From contig JAZNUV010000004.1 in the NCBI GenBank assembly GCA_045592445.1, positions 1 to 59,429 of the forward strand: DNA of 59,429 nucleotides, written 5' to 3'. The notes under the pieces were generated by a model, which worked only from the letters and a program-made list of their open reading frames with translations, was not told the origin of the DNA and ran no database searches. Numbering within the stretch: position 1 is the stretch's first letter; each line of letters starts with the position of its first letter. A program made the position numbers and the translations under genes. Source of the stretch: Clostridia bacterium (GTDB taxonomy: Bacteria; Bacillota; Clostridia; UMGS1883; UMGS1540). Shown here one piece after another: positions 17,279 through 28,084 of this stretch.

Positions 17279-18868
17279 TCATTCCACCGAAAGAATATAT
17301 CTGTATACCGGTTGTCCGCCGTACACCGTCGTCACTTCCGCATCCGCCCATTTTTGACGAATTACATCTGCATAACCTTCTGCTTCTGTCTCTGAAACAC
17401 CCTCTCCGTAAAGAAGTGTTACTGCAAAGGTTTCCGCATCGATAAGCGTGTCAAAAAGGGTAGTGAGCGCATCATTTTCTTCCGCCTTTGCCGCAACAAT
17501 TTTTCCATCTGAAAGTGCAAGAAAATCATCCTTACAAATGGTCATGCCGTCCATTTCGGTATCGCGGACTGCATTGGTTAAAAGACCTGTCTGCACACCC
17601 GTTATCGCTTCTTCCATTGCTGCTTCGGGCGCATCCGCTTCTGTATCAAGTGCAAGCATTGCCGCCATGCCCTGCGGTACAGTTTTCGTTTTTAAGACGT
17701 ACACATTTTTATCCGTCATATCTGCGGCTTGTTGTGCCGCCAATATAATATTTCCGTTATTCGGTAAAATCAGAATCTTATCTGCTGCAAGATTTTCTAT
17801 CGCGTCGAGAATATCATCCGTGCTGGGATTCATGGTCTGTCCACCGCTTACCACAATGTCAACACCAAGCTCCGTAAAGAGTTCCCGAATACCATCCCCT
17901 GCCGCAACAGCAATCACGCCCAATGCCTTTTGCTCTTTTTTCTCAAGCTGCTCCATATGTTGCTCACGCAGGTTGTCAATTTTAATATCGGAAAGCATGC
18001 CGAAATCAAGTGCGCGTTCAAGCACCCATCCGGGATGATTGGTATGTATATGAACTTTAATTATATCATCATCGTCAATCACCAAAACACTGTCACCACG
18101 GTCGGAAAGGTTGTCCTTTAATTCCTCCGCACCGGCTGCCCGTAGTTTTTTACGAATAATCAGCTCTGTGCAATAGCCGTATTTGACATCCGCTTGTGCA
18201 CGTTGTGCCGCATTTTGTTTCGCCGTTTCCTTTATAGTTTCCTTTTGAACAACAGGTTGACCGCTTGTTAATGCCAAAAACATGCCTTCAAATATGAAAA
18301 ACAAGCCTTTGCCGCCTGCGTCTACAACGCCCGCCTTTTTCAAAACCGGGAGCATTTTCGGCGTTTCACGTAGTGCCTCTTCCGCACTTTTCACGACAGC
18401 CTCCAAAAGTGAGACCATGTCCCCGTCGCGGTCAAGCTTTTCTATCGCTTCTGCTGTGCAACGTATCACTGTAAGAATTGTACCTTCAGTCGGCTTCATA
18501 ACGGCGCGATATGCCATTTTTGACGCACTTGATATCGCACGGATAAAATCCTCTTCCGTCACGGTTTCAACACCTTGCAGTGCCGTTGCAAAGCCGCGCA
18601 TAATCTGTGAGAGAATAACGCCCGAATTGCCTCTTGCACCACGAAGCGTAGCGGATGCCACCGTCGCAGCAACATCGCCCGCCGTTTTACACTCTTTTTC
18701 CGAAAGCGCACGTTTCGCGCTTTGCATTGTCATACTCATATTTGTACCCGTATCCCCATCAGGCACCGGGAAAACATTCAAATCATTAACAAGCTGCTTG
18801 TTGTTATCTAAATGGTGTGCCGCAGAAACAAACATGCATTGTAAGGTTTCTTTGTCAAGTGCTTTCAT
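17279..18868 (-). CDS. fakA: DAK2-domain fatty acid kinase catalytic subunit (YloV/FakA)
   Basis: LNVFPVPDGDTGTNM, GARGNSGVILSQ, VVDAGG, YGYCTE, KVHIHT and GGQTMNPST motifs. Confidence 0.9.
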   Translation of the reverse strand: MKALDKETLQCMFVSAAHHLDNNKQLVNDLNVFPVPDGDTGTNMSMTMQSAKRALSEKECKTAGDVAATVASATLRGARGNSGVILSQIMRGFATALQGVETVTEEDFIRAISSASKMAYRAVMKPTEGTILTVIRCTAEAIEKLDRDGDMVSLLEAVVKSAEEALRETPKMLPVLKKAGVVDAGGKGLFFIFEGMFLALTSGQPVVQKETIKETAKQNAAQRAQADVKYGYCTELIIRKKLRAAGAEELKDNLSDRGDSVLVIDDDDIIKVHIHTNHPGWVLERALDFGMLSDIKIDNLREQHMEQLEKKEQKALGVIAVAAGDGIRELFTELGVDIVVSGGQTMNPSTDDILDAIENLAADKILILPNNGNIILAAQQAADMTDKNVYVLKTKTVPQGMAAMLALDTEADAPEAAMEEAITGVQTGLLTNAVRDTEMDGMTICKDDFLALSDGKIVAAKAEENDALTTLFDTLIDAETFAVTLLYGEGVSETEAEGYADVIRQKWADAEVTTVYGGQPVYRYILSVE

Positions 18869-18884
18869 CAAAATGCCACCTCTC

Positions 18885-19247
18885 CTACTTCATGCCTTGC
18901 GCACGCACACTTTCCACGTGCACATGCACATCGCGAATTTCAAGCCCCGTATTTTTACTGAGCTGATACTTAACGTTCTTAATAATACTTTCCGAGATAA
19001 CACCAATATTCACACCATACTCAACCATGATATGCAAGGAAATTATGATGCCGCCATCCTTCATAAAAACGCGTATTCCCTTCCCCATTTTGTCACGTTT
19101 GAGTAAAGATACAATACCATCCCTTTTAGAGCGGTATACCATGCCAACCACACCGTAACACTTTGTCGCGATATGTCCCGCCATTTTTGCGAGTGCATCT
19201 TCGTCCATAAAAATCGTGCCCATTTCCGTTGTTTTAATGTTAATCAT
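18885..19247 (-). CDS. Asp23/Gls24 family protein (YloU)
   Basis: CYGVVGM and VEYGVNI motifs; conserved position before yloV; ATG 19247 after AAGGAG. Confidence 0.88.
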   Translation of the reverse strand: MINIKTTEMGTIFMDEDALAKMAGHIATKCYGVVGMVYRSKRDGIVSLLKRDKMGKGIRVFMKDGGIIISLHIMVEYGVNIGVISESIIKNVKYQLSKNTGLEIRDVHVHVESVRAQGMK

Positions 19248-19258
19248 TTCAAACTCCT

Positions 19259-21211
19259 TCACAGCCTGATTATATTTGCTTTCTCTGCATCTGCTATCGA
19301 GTGGCAGGAAAACAGTATAATTTGTCTTTTATCTCCAAGCGTATGCAATAGATGCATCGCATTTTGGGTTCTTTCCTCATCATACTGATAAAATACATCA
19401 TCCAGGAATATAGGTGATTCCGAAAACAAAAGCGAAGCCATAGAAAGCCGCGCGGCAAGATATGCTTGGTCAATTGTCCCATCCGAAAAGAATTGTACAC
19501 CCCGATGCCCTTCCCTGTCAAGTGTTATATTATACTGTTTGTCAAGCAGCATACCCTCTTTTTTTCCTGTCAGGACAGATAAATATTCCGATGCCAGTGC
19601 ATTGATTTTCGGTGTAAAATCGCGGCAAAGTTCTGAAAACGCCTCGTCAAGCGCATTTTGCGCCGCCAAAATCGCTTCGTATGTCTGCTCAGCCTCCCGA
19701 AGTGCTTCTTCCGCCTCATACTTTTCTGTACAAATAACGTCTTTAAGACGCGTCTTTTTAAGGCTTTCCGAAAGTATACCCTCTAAATTTGCAGCTTCAC
19801 TGACCATATTGTCCAATATGCGTTTTTTCTCTTCTGCAGCACGCACTGCCTCTTGCGGATTTTGTGCCGCAAGTTTTTCTGCATCCCCATACTGTTCCAA
19901 AGCCTTCATATGGTATGCTAAGTTTTCTTCTTCTTTTCTGACGCGTGCCTCACATTCCGCCACATATTGCAAGACCAGTTCTTTTTTTTCGGAAAGTGCG
20001 GTTTTTTGTGCCACCGCCTCTGTATATTCCTGTAACGTCCTGCATCCGAAATGTGAAAGCTCCGCAGCCTTTTTCGCTTGTATTTCCTCCGCATTTTTCA
20101 GCATTTCTTCTGTTATATTGCTCTTCTTTTTCCTTTTATATGCGAGAAAGAGAATCAGTGCAATTCCACCGATTCCTAAAGCAGTAAGCGGTATGCGTGC
20201 AAGACCGACAGGCACAAATTGCATCACTACCCCCGCCAAAAGGAATAAAGCCGCAAACAGCATTAGACGGATTGTATTCTTTTTTTCTGCTTCATGCTGC
20301 CTTTGTATTTTTTCAGGTGTGTCCGTTTCCTGATATACTATATCTTGAATTGGGCGGTCAAATGCAGAAAACTTCTGTAACTCATCCAAAACTGCCTGAT
20401 AGCGTTCCTTCGCCGCCGTCAAAGCGTTTTCCGCCGCCTCAACTTGCATTTTTGCACCTTTTATATTTGAAAACACATGGCTGATTTCCAGTGCCTTTCT
20501 TCCGTCATCCTGTCTTAGCAAATCTTCCCTATACTTTGGAATTTCACGGCGAAGCATCTCAACACGCGCCATTTTGGAAAGTATAGCATGATTTTCCGTT
20601 TCTGCCGCCGCAAGTTCTTCCCCAAGTTCCATAACCTTTCGTTGCAGAGAATAAATTTTTCCTCCCTCTCCACGTTGATGCTTATAAAGACGTGCCGCAT
20701 TTTTCAATATATCTATCGCCTTATGATAGCCCGTATCCTCGTCGCCACTTACGGCTAAATTGATAAGTTTATCCGTAAGTTCATCATCTCCGCCATGTAT
20801 TCCTGCGGAAATTTGGCGTACAAATAAGGTTTTTAAAAATCCGTTTTCTCCAATTCCGATTTCTTCTTCTATAGAAATCGTCGCTGCCTCCCCTGTTACG
20901 GCATCTATGATATGACAAGTGTCCTGTGCAGGGGTTCTGCCGCTTTTTCGCTGAATCACATACTGCTTGCCGTCTTTTGCAGTAAAGGTAAGCTCTCCTG
21001 CCATTACGCCGCTATCCCACGGCGTGTACCTTTTCCTGTCTCCTCCTGTTCCGCGCCCTGTAAAACCGTAAAGCATCGCCTTGATAAAAGCCATGATTGT
21101 GGATTTGCCTGCTTCATTTTTTCCAAGTATAATATTCAATCCATTACCAAATGTAATTTGCATGTCCCTAAGCTTCCCGTAGGAGATGATATGCAATTTA
21201 TCTATTCGCAT
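19259..21211 (-). CDS. YhaN/SbcE-like Rad50/SMC-type ATPase with a central TM hairpin
   Basis: Walker A GKNEAGKST; long coiled coil; C-terminal FSDGT signature, FLDDVF Walker B and LFSCH. Confidence 0.82.
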   Translation of the reverse strand: MRIDKLHIISYGKLRDMQITFGNGLNIILGKNEAGKSTIMAFIKAMLYGFTGRGTGGDRKRYTPWDSGVMAGELTFTAKDGKQYVIQRKSGRTPAQDTCHIIDAVTGEAATISIEEEIGIGENGFLKTLFVRQISAGIHGGDDELTDKLINLAVSGDEDTGYHKAIDILKNAARLYKHQRGEGGKIYSLQRKVMELGEELAAAETENHAILSKMARVEMLRREIPKYREDLLRQDDGRKALEISHVFSNIKGAKMQVEAAENALTAAKERYQAVLDELQKFSAFDRPIQDIVYQETDTPEKIQRQHEAEKKNTIRLMLFAALFLLAGVVMQFVPVGLARIPLTALGIGGIALILFLAYKRKKKSNITEEMLKNAEEIQAKKAAELSHFGCRTLQEYTEAVAQKTALSEKKELVLQYVAECEARVRKEEENLAYHMKALEQYGDAEKLAAQNPQEAVRAAEEKKRILDNMVSEAANLEGILSESLKKTRLKDVICTEKYEAEEALREAEQTYEAILAAQNALDEAFSELCRDFTPKINALASEYLSVLTGKKEGMLLDKQYNITLDREGHRGVQFFSDGTIDQAYLAARLSMASLLFSESPIFLDDVFYQYDEERTQNAMHLLHTLGDKRQIILFSCHSIADAEKANIIRL

Positions 21212-22263
21212 ATGATTTCTCTCCCTTCCAGTGCAGCAAGACCATAAGAAAGTGCGCGTTTTTGCACTTCTTCGGGTAAATCCGCAAGCTTTTGCGCAAA
21301 AAGAGTTGCAAGATAACTTTGTTCTGATGCCTCTTTCGCAATCGTTTTATCCGTCACCTTACAGAAAAAGCAATGTTCCTCCAGCGCTTTTTCTAAAACC
21401 GATGTTGAGAAACGAATCTTGTTCTCCAAGGCGCCTGAAAGAATAATTTTATATAAATTCTGTTCAGAGGACATCTGTGCTCGAATTTTATTTACAACTG
21501 CTTCGTGCGTACACATACCAGTTACATCTATGGAAAGTACAACATTCTGCCGTTTTGCAATCGGAACAAACTCCAAATTCGCGCCATCTCTGTCTATCGT
21601 GCCGCGTATAAATCCACATGTGCCTGTTTCGTCAAAATATCTCCCCTCCGGTATGCCGCAATACGCATAGGTTGTTTTTCCCGCTTTTACAAAACCCGAA
21701 AAACTATGTATATGCCCAAGTGCCGCGTAACATAGACCGCTTTTTGAAAGCACATCCTCCCGAATGGGATTATATTCACTTTCTGTTCCCACATCGCCAT
21801 GCATAAGCAGTATACTTGGCATGTCATCTTGCAGGAATGCATAATCGAGGAGCGGCGAGCGACTTACAAAGCGTTCACCAAAGCCGTAGCCGTAAATTCG
21901 AACACCTCTATGCTCCACAAAGGACATCTTGGGGTTAAATATATGCACGTTGTCACCGAAGTTCACGGTATGATACACTGAATTTTCCGAAAGATAATCA
22001 TGGTTTCCGGGCGCAACAAAAACAGCCGTGTCGGCAATCCGCTGAAAACAATCCCGCAGGAATGCAACCGTCTGTGCTGAAACATATGCACCGTCAAAAA
22101 CATCGCCGGATAAAAGGAGTGCATCCGCACCAAAGGATTTCACCTCCGCAATAATTCGAGAAAAAGCAAGCCTTTGCTCCTCTTTCCGAATTGCTGCGGC
22201 GGCAGGCGGTAAACCGCGGTAGGGCGAATCCAAATGTAAATCACCCGTATGTATAATACGCAC
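21202..22263 (-). CDS. YhaO/SbcD(Mre11)-like metallophosphoesterase nuclease
   Basis: HTGDLHLD, GDVFD, PGNHD and ALGHIH motifs; GTG start after AAGGTG. Confidence 0.88.
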   Translation of the reverse strand: MRIIHTGDLHLDSPYRGLPPAAAAIRKEEQRLAFSRIIAEVKSFGADALLLSGDVFDGAYVSAQTVAFLRDCFQRIADTAVFVAPGNHDYLSENSVYHTVNFGDNVHIFNPKMSFVEHRGVRIYGYGFGERFVSRSPLLDYAFLQDDMPSILLMHGDVGTESEYNPIREDVLSKSGLCYAALGHIHSFSGFVKAGKTTYAYCGIPEGRYFDETGTCGFIRGTIDRDGANLEFVPIAKRQNVVLSIDVTGMCTHEAVVNKIRAQMSSEQNLYKIILSGALENKIRFSTSVLEKALEEHCFFCKVTDKTIAKEASEQSYLATLFAQKLADLPEEVQKRALSYGLAALEGREIICE

Positions 22264-22303
22264 CCTTATCACCTTCCGAAGCCGTGGCAAAACATTTTAA
22301 TAT

Positions 22304-22351
22304 AAAAAGATTGCAGCTTCTGACCTTTATCATAAATTCTCGGCTGCAATC
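22304..22351 (-). terminator. Probable terminator after rpmE
   Basis: GATTGCAGC...GCTGCAATC arms with TTTTT on the minus strand; large loop. Confidence 0.55.
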
Positions 22352-22365
22352 CATTCTTCGTGGAC

Positions 22366-22572
<207 letters not shown>

Positions 22573-22611
22573 TTCTTTCACCTCTTTCTCCATCTCAAAA
22601 ACACTTCGTAT

Positions 22612-22640
22612 ATTATAGCACAATCTGTTTCAGATTGCAA
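22612..22640 (-). promoter_or_regulatory. sigmaA promoter of rpmE with a dyad in the spacer
   Basis: TTGCAA-N17-TATAAT with extended TG; CAATCTG-N3-CAGATTG at 22621-22637. Confidence 0.7.
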
Positions 22641-22648
22641 CTGTTTTT

Positions 22649-23596
22649 TTAATTTTTTTCCTGCTTTGCAATAAATTCCTGAATTTCTTCGTATGATTTA
22701 ATACCTGTTGATGCACCCATCGCCATGACGCAGTGCGCACCGACGGCATTTGCAAAGCGACCACACGCCGCAAAAGATAAGCCCTTCGCCATTCCAGATA
22801 AGAAACCTGAACAAAAGCTATCACCTGCGCCCGTGGTGTCTACTGCATCTACCTTATAGCAAGGAATTACAATCGCTTCTGCATCTTTAGACTCTCTGAG
22901 GTAGCAACCACGGCTGCCCAGTTTAATTACAACCTGTTTTACGCCCATATCAAAGAACTTGTCAGCAATTTTTTCCGGTTCCGTTTCTCCGCCTGCAAGT
23001 TCTATTGCTTCATCAATACTGGGCATAAATACATCTATGTAAGGCATACAGGGTTCTAAAATCTCCATCCAGCGGCCCCGACTGTCCCACGCCGTGTCCA
23101 GAACTGTTATCTTGCCCATTTCCTTGCAGCGTTTTAAAACTCTGGCGCAATCTGCACCGTCAAACGCATCCATAAGCATTGTGCCTGCTACAAAAACAAT
23201 GCGGGATTTCTCAATTACATCCCAGTTGATATCGTCATAGCAAAATGTCGCATTTGCACCAACTGTATGGAGAAAACTGCGTTCTCCGTTTGATGATGAA
23301 AGCACCACAGAAGCCGACGTCTGTTCCGCATCATCCAGTACGATTCCGTCTACATTCACATTGTATTTTTGAAGCTCCTCGCACAAAAAAGACCCAAAAT
23401 TATCTTTCCCAACCTTGCCCAACACAGCGGTTTCTATACCGATTTTCGCCATGTCAATACCGGCATTCATTGCACATCCACCGCTATATATCTTAATACT
23501 GTCAATCCGTTCGAGCAACCCTGCCCCGGGCATCTTATCCACGGGTTTTGCAATTACATCCGCCACCAAGATACCAATACATGCTACGTCAATCAT
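22649..23596 (-). CDS. PfkB-family carbohydrate kinase
   Basis: GGCAMN, GKVGKDNFG and VDTTGAGDSF motifs. Confidence 0.9.
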   Translation of the reverse strand: MIDVACIGILVADVIAKPVDKMPGAGLLERIDSIKIYSGGCAMNAGIDMAKIGIETAVLGKVGKDNFGSFLCEELQKYNVNVDGIVLDDAEQTSASVVLSSSNGERSFLHTVGANATFCYDDINWDVIEKSRIVFVAGTMLMDAFDGADCARVLKRCKEMGKITVLDTAWDSRGRWMEILEPCMPYIDVFMPSIDEAIELAGGETEPEKIADKFFDMGVKQVVIKLGSRGCYLRESKDAEAIVIPCYKVDAVDTTGAGDSFCSGFLSGMAKGLSFAACGRFANAVGAHCVMAMGASTGIKSYEEIQEFIAKQEKN

Positions 23597-23814
23597 TTTG
23601 TATCCTCCTCAACTTCGATCGAGTAATTTTCCTTTTCAAATTTTGAAAAATCCATATTGTGCATGCGCTGCACCCTTATTTTAAATGGGTCCAGTTCAAA
23701 TTGTGGACATACATGCTTTTGTGAAACCAATCCGAATTTTGCACACATAGTCCGCATATCTACCGGAACATATACACCTTTTCTGCAATATCGACAACAT
23801 TTATATGCATCCAA
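23593..23814 (-). CDS. Small Cys-rich hypothetical protein (73 aa)
   Basis: CCRYC-x12-C-x10-C pattern; overlaps both neighbours, consistent with translational coupling. Confidence 0.65.
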   Translation of the reverse strand: MDAYKCCRYCRKGVYVPVDMRTMCAKFGLVSQKHVCPQFELDPFKIRVQRMHNMDFSKFEKENYSIEVEEDTK

Positions 23815-24751
23815 TTTGCTCCACCCGTTCCACTGTTACATTTTTTTCATCCTGCAAAAGCTCTTCAAATGCAGGTATATCTGTCCCTGTTGTGCGAATT
23901 TTTGCCGTTGCAAACGAAGCAGCATGTCGAAGCGCGCTTTCTTCGTCATTAAAACGCGACTTCCCGTACAGATAGCCGCATAAAAAACTATCCCCCGCGC
24001 CCACGGTACTTGCAACTGCCGCATGAAGCGGATACACGCGGAAAACGCCGCTTTGTGTCGCCGCGACCGCGCCGTTGCCACCAAGACTTAAAAGTACAGT
24101 CTCCACGCCTTTGTTTTGTATTGTAACTGCCGCCTCGACCGCATCATGTACAGACTTAATCTTTCGTCCCAAAAGGCACTCCGCCTCTTTTTGATTCGGC
24201 TTTATTATTTGTGGTTTTGCTTCTATGCCGTGCCGAAGGGCATCCCCGTCTGCATCCAGCACTGCCACGGCACCTTTCTTTTTCACAATATCAATCAGCG
24301 TCTTATAAATGTCCGCGCCGAGTGCAGGATGAAAACTTCCACCCATATACACAACGTCGCTCTTTATTGCCATATCTGTAACTTTTTTATATAATGCCTG
24401 CAATGCCTTCTGCGAGACCTCGGGACCCGTTTCATTAAGGTCGGTATACGTTTGCCTTTCCGTATCAATAATTTTGATATTGACACGGGTTTCACCTTCT
24501 GTATAAACAAAATCTGTCGTAACACCGCACTCTTTTAAAAATTTTCCAATTGTCTGTCCGTTGTAGCCGCTTAAAAATCCCGTTGCCATGCAACTGATGC
24601 CGCATCTTGCAGCCAACGCCGCCACGTTTACGCCCTTCCCACCCATATTCGTTTTTACAAAATCTGTACGATTTACGGTATCAATCATAAATCCGTTTAC
24701 ATAGTACGTTTTGTCAATAGCGGGATTTAGCGTAACGGTTGACAAAATCAT
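23801..24751 (-). CDS. 1-phosphofructokinase family hexose kinase (FruK/LacC type)
   Basis: [30 protein letters not shown] and STVGAGDS motifs. Confidence 0.88.
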   Translation of the reverse strand: MILSTVTLNPAIDKTYYVNGFMIDTVNRTDFVKTNMGGKGVNVAALAARCGISCMATGFLSGYNGQTIGKFLKECGVTTDFVYTEGETRVNIKIIDTERQTYTDLNETGPEVSQKALQALYKKVTDMAIKSDVVYMGGSFHPALGADIYKTLIDIVKKKGAVAVLDADGDALRHGIEAKPQIIKPNQKEAECLLGRKIKSVHDAVEAAVTIQNKGVETVLLSLGGNGAVAATQSGVFRVYPLHAAVASTVGAGDSFLCGYLYGKSRFNDEESALRHAASFATAKIRTTGTDIPAFEELLQDEKNVTVERVEQIGCI

Positions 24752-26457
24752 TTTTTTGCCTCCTCTAAAAGCCGAAGTACTTCTTTTTCTGCCATATCAG
24801 ACGACATTTCCTGATATGTTGCTTCCTTGCGACATTTAAATTCCACAATATCCTCTGCAGCTTTCTTTCCAACCGTGATACGGACAGGGATACCGATCAG
24901 GTCAGCATCCTTAAATTTAACACCGGGGCGTTCATCTCTATCATCCAAAAGTGTTGTTACACCGTTTTTCTGCAATTGATCATAGAGAGTTTCTGCCAGC
25001 TGCATCTGCGTTTTGTCTCCCGTATTAACAACGACAATTTCCACCTTGTAAGGCGCAATTTCCATCGGCCATACTATGCCGTTTTCATCATTGTTCTGTT
25101 CAATCACCGCAGCAATACAACGATTGATGCCAATACCATAGCATCCCATAATAACAGGCTTTTCCTCGCCGTTTTCATCCGGGAATGTCAGCGAAAGCGC
25201 ATTCGAATATTTTGTACCAAGCTTAAAAATATGACCAATTTCGATACCGTGTGCAGTCTTAATAGACTTACCGCATTTGGGGCAGATATCTCCGTCCGCA
25301 ACGGTGCGCAAATCCGCTATTGCTGTTGGTGTAAAATCGCGACCCGGTTCTACATTTATAAAATGATAACCTGTTTCATTTGCACCAACTACCATACTTT
25401 TCATTTCCATAACCTCAAGGTCAGCATACACAGGAATGGAAAGACCAACAGGACCCGCAAAGCCTACCTCTGCCTTTGTAATTTCACGCACAAAAAATGG
25501 TTCAGCAAGCTCTACTTCTTCGCTTGCGCCCAGTAGATTCTGTAATTTCACGGGATTGACTTCTCTATCCCCGCGCACCATAACTGCCACATAGCTTTCC
25601 CCAACCTTATAAATCAAGGTTTTAGCAAAACGATAGGCTTCTACTCCTAAAAATTTTGTCAGTTCATCAATGGTATGCACATCAGGCGTTTCCATCTTTT
25701 CCATTGCGGCGCCCGTTTCGGGATACGTCTTTTTTTCGGGCATGCATGTTGCCTTTTCTTCGTTTGCAGCATAACCGCAAGCTTCACAATATGCAATCAC
25801 ATCTTCGCCGACTTCGGATTTGACCATAAATTCCTGTGAGCCCGAGCCGCCCATAGCTCCCGAATCGGCATCTACTACAATATAATCGAGTCCCAACCTG
25901 TCAAAAATAGCACAATAGGCTTTATACATTGCCTTATAGGATATGTCAAGACCTTCTTCCGTAAGGTCAAAGCTATATGCATCCTTCATCACAAATTCGC
26001 GGCTGCGCATAACACCAAAGCGCGGGCGACGTTCGTCACGATACTTCGTTTGTATCTGATACAGTGTAAGCGGCAGCTGCCGATAAGAATGTACTGTGTT
26101 TTTAACAGTGTCCGTAAAAATTTCCTCATGCGTCGGCCCCAGGCAGAAATCGCGTTCGTTTCTGTCCTTCAAACGGAACATGCTCTCTCCGAAAACATCC
26201 CATCTGCCCGTTTTCATATATGCTTCAGCGGGCAAAAGTGCACTCATCAAAAGTTCCTGTGCACCTGCCTTATCCATTTCCTCCCGCACAATCTGCTCCA
26301 CATTCTGCAATGTACGCAGCCCGAGCGGCAAATAGGAATATACACCTGCCGCAAGCTTGCGAATCATAGCGGCACGGAGCATTAAACGATGGCTTGCAAT
26401 CTCCGCCTCTGCCGGTACCTCACGCAAAGTCGGCATTAACATTTTCGATACTCTCAT
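24748..26457 (-). CDS. proS: Proline--tRNA ligase (bacterial type with INS editing domain)
   Basis: [36 protein letters not shown] and MGCYGIG motifs. Confidence 0.96.
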   Translation of the reverse strand: MRVSKMLMPTLREVPAEAEIASHRLMLRAAMIRKLAAGVYSYLPLGLRTLQNVEQIVREEMDKAGAQELLMSALLPAEAYMKTGRWDVFGESMFRLKDRNERDFCLGPTHEEIFTDTVKNTVHSYRQLPLTLYQIQTKYRDERRPRFGVMRSREFVMKDAYSFDLTEEGLDISYKAMYKAYCAIFDRLGLDYIVVDADSGAMGGSGSQEFMVKSEVGEDVIAYCEACGYAANEEKATCMPEKKTYPETGAAMEKMETPDVHTIDELTKFLGVEAYRFAKTLIYKVGESYVAVMVRGDREVNPVKLQNLLGASEEVELAEPFFVREITKAEVGFAGPVGLSIPVYADLEVMEMKSMVVGANETGYHFINVEPGRDFTPTAIADLRTVADGDICPKCGKSIKTAHGIEIGHIFKLGTKYSNALSLTFPDENGEEKPVIMGCYGIGINRCIAAVIEQNNDENGIVWPMEIAPYKVEIVVVNTGDKTQMQLAETLYDQLQKNGVTTLLDDRDERPGVKFKDADLIGIPVRITVGKKAAEDIVEFKCRKEATYQEMSSDMAEKEVLRLLEEAKK

Positions 26458-26495
26458 TTATAACCATTTCCTTCCTTTATCTTTGTTCCGCATTG

Positions 26496-27926
26496 TTAAA
26501 CAGTTATTTCTCCGCCCTTTACAATACTGTCTTGATTTTTCTCTAAAAGGGGCTTTATAATATCGCTTATATATGCTTCCGTTTGTTGCGGTGCGCAACC
26601 CACAAAATCAGACGGATTTAAAAGCGTTTGCAGTTCTGCCTGTCCAAGTCCAAACGCAGCATCCCCTGCAATGCGTTCCAAAAGGTCATTTTCTCCACCC
26701 TCAACCTTCACAACGCGTGCCGCTTCCATAGAATGTACGCGGATACGTTCATGCAATGTCTGCCTGTCACCACCACGTTTGACGGCATCCATCAATATGT
26801 TTTCCGTAGCCATAAACGGCAATTCACGCCGTATATGCTGTTCGATAATCTTCGGATATACCACAAGACCTTCTGCAATATTTTGATATAACATCAAAAT
26901 TGCGTCTGTTGCGAGAAAGCTCTCCGGCACAGAAAGGCGCTTATTCGCAGAATCGTCAAGCGTTCTTTCAAACCATTGTGTTGCTGCAGTCATAGCCGGA
27001 TTTTGTGCCGTAGCCATGACATATCTTGCAAGCGAGGATATCCGTTCACTCCGCATAGGATTACGTTTATATGCCATTGCAGAAGAACCAATCTGGCTTT
27101 TTTCAAACGGCTCTTCCACCTCTTTGAGGTGTTGCAAAAGACGAATATCATGACTGAATTTGCTTGCGCTTTGTGCAATGCCGCTTAAAATATTTAAAAA
27201 CTGACTGTCGAGCTTACGTGAATATGTTTGCCCCGAAACGGGAAAAACAGCTTGAAAACCCATTTTCATCGCTATGCGACTGTCGAGTTCCTTAACCTTC
27301 TCATAATCACCGCCAAAAAGCTCCAAAAAGCTTGCCTGCGTGCCCGTTGTACCCTTTGAGCCCAGCAATTTGGCGCGTTTCACCTGCTCGTCTATCGCTT
27401 CCAAATCCATGGATAGCTCTTGTATCCAAAGACAGGCGCGCTTGCCGACCGTTGTAAGCTGTGCCGGTTGAAAATGCGTAAAGCCCAAAGTCGGCATATC
27501 TTTGTACGCCATCGCAAAATCTGCCAATGCCTTTATTGTACTGACAACCTTTTGCCGTATGACGCCAAGTGCTTCGTACATCAACAAAATATCGGTATTA
27601 TCACCCACATAGCAGGATGTTGCGCCGAGGTGAATAATCGGGCGAGCCGTCGGGCACTGTTCCCCAAACGCATGCACATGCGCCATTACATCGTGCCGGA
27701 CCTTCGCTTCCTGCACACGGGCTACCTCATAATTGATTGTATCTTGTGCTGCACGCATTTCATCAATCTGTTCTTCTGTTATCGGAAGACCGAGTTCCTT
27801 TTCCGTCTCTGCCAGTGCAATCCATAATTTTCGCCAGGTTCTGAATTTTTTGTTCGGCGAAAAAATCGCCTGCATTTCACGGCTTGCATAGCGTGCGCCC
27901 AGTGGATTTTCATATGTATCGTGCAT
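26496..27926 (-). CDS. purB: Adenylosuccinate lyase
   Basis: RHDVMAH, HLGATSC and GSSAMAYKRNP motifs. Confidence 0.95.
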   Translation of the reverse strand: MHDTYENPLGARYASREMQAIFSPNKKFRTWRKLWIALAETEKELGLPITEEQIDEMRAAQDTINYEVARVQEAKVRHDVMAHVHAFGEQCPTARPIIHLGATSCYVGDNTDILLMYEALGVIRQKVVSTIKALADFAMAYKDMPTLGFTHFQPAQLTTVGKRACLWIQELSMDLEAIDEQVKRAKLLGSKGTTGTQASFLELFGGDYEKVKELDSRIAMKMGFQAVFPVSGQTYSRKLDSQFLNILSGIAQSASKFSHDIRLLQHLKEVEEPFEKSQIGSSAMAYKRNPMRSERISSLARYVMATAQNPAMTAATQWFERTLDDSANKRLSVPESFLATDAILMLYQNIAEGLVVYPKIIEQHIRRELPFMATENILMDAVKRGGDRQTLHERIRVHSMEAARVVKVEGGENDLLERIAGDAAFGLGQAELQTLLNPSDFVGCAPQQTEAYISDIIKPLLEKNQDSIVKGGEITV

Positions 27927-27980
27927 CCAATTCTTCCTTTCTCTTTGCCGATGTAAGCATTATAAAAAATATATGCAATT

Positions 27981-28009
27981 ATTATAGCATATTTTCCGAT
28001 ATAAGGCAA
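27981..28009 (-). promoter_or_regulatory. sigmaA promoter of the purB-proS operon
   Basis: TTGCCT-N17-TATAAT with extended TG. Confidence 0.7.
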
Positions 28010-28046
28010 GTAAAATTACAAGATTTCTCTTTTTCTAAAATTCGCC

Positions 28047-28074
28047 GGCGTGCTGATGCCTGCATCAACACGCC
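28047..28074. terminator. Strong hairpin after ytfJ without an immediate U-tail
   Basis: GGCGTGCTGATGC / GCATCAACACGCC arms. Confidence 0.5.
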
Positions 28075-28084
28075 GCCTTTATGC

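Noticed and set aside
18282-20333. Long plus-strand ORFs (274 aa and 264 aa)
   Set aside because: Antisense shadows of fakA, yloU and yhaN with no recognisable motifs.
27927-27980. Purine riboswitch before purB
   Set aside because: Leader is short and lacks the GTTTCTAC and CCGTAAA core motifs.
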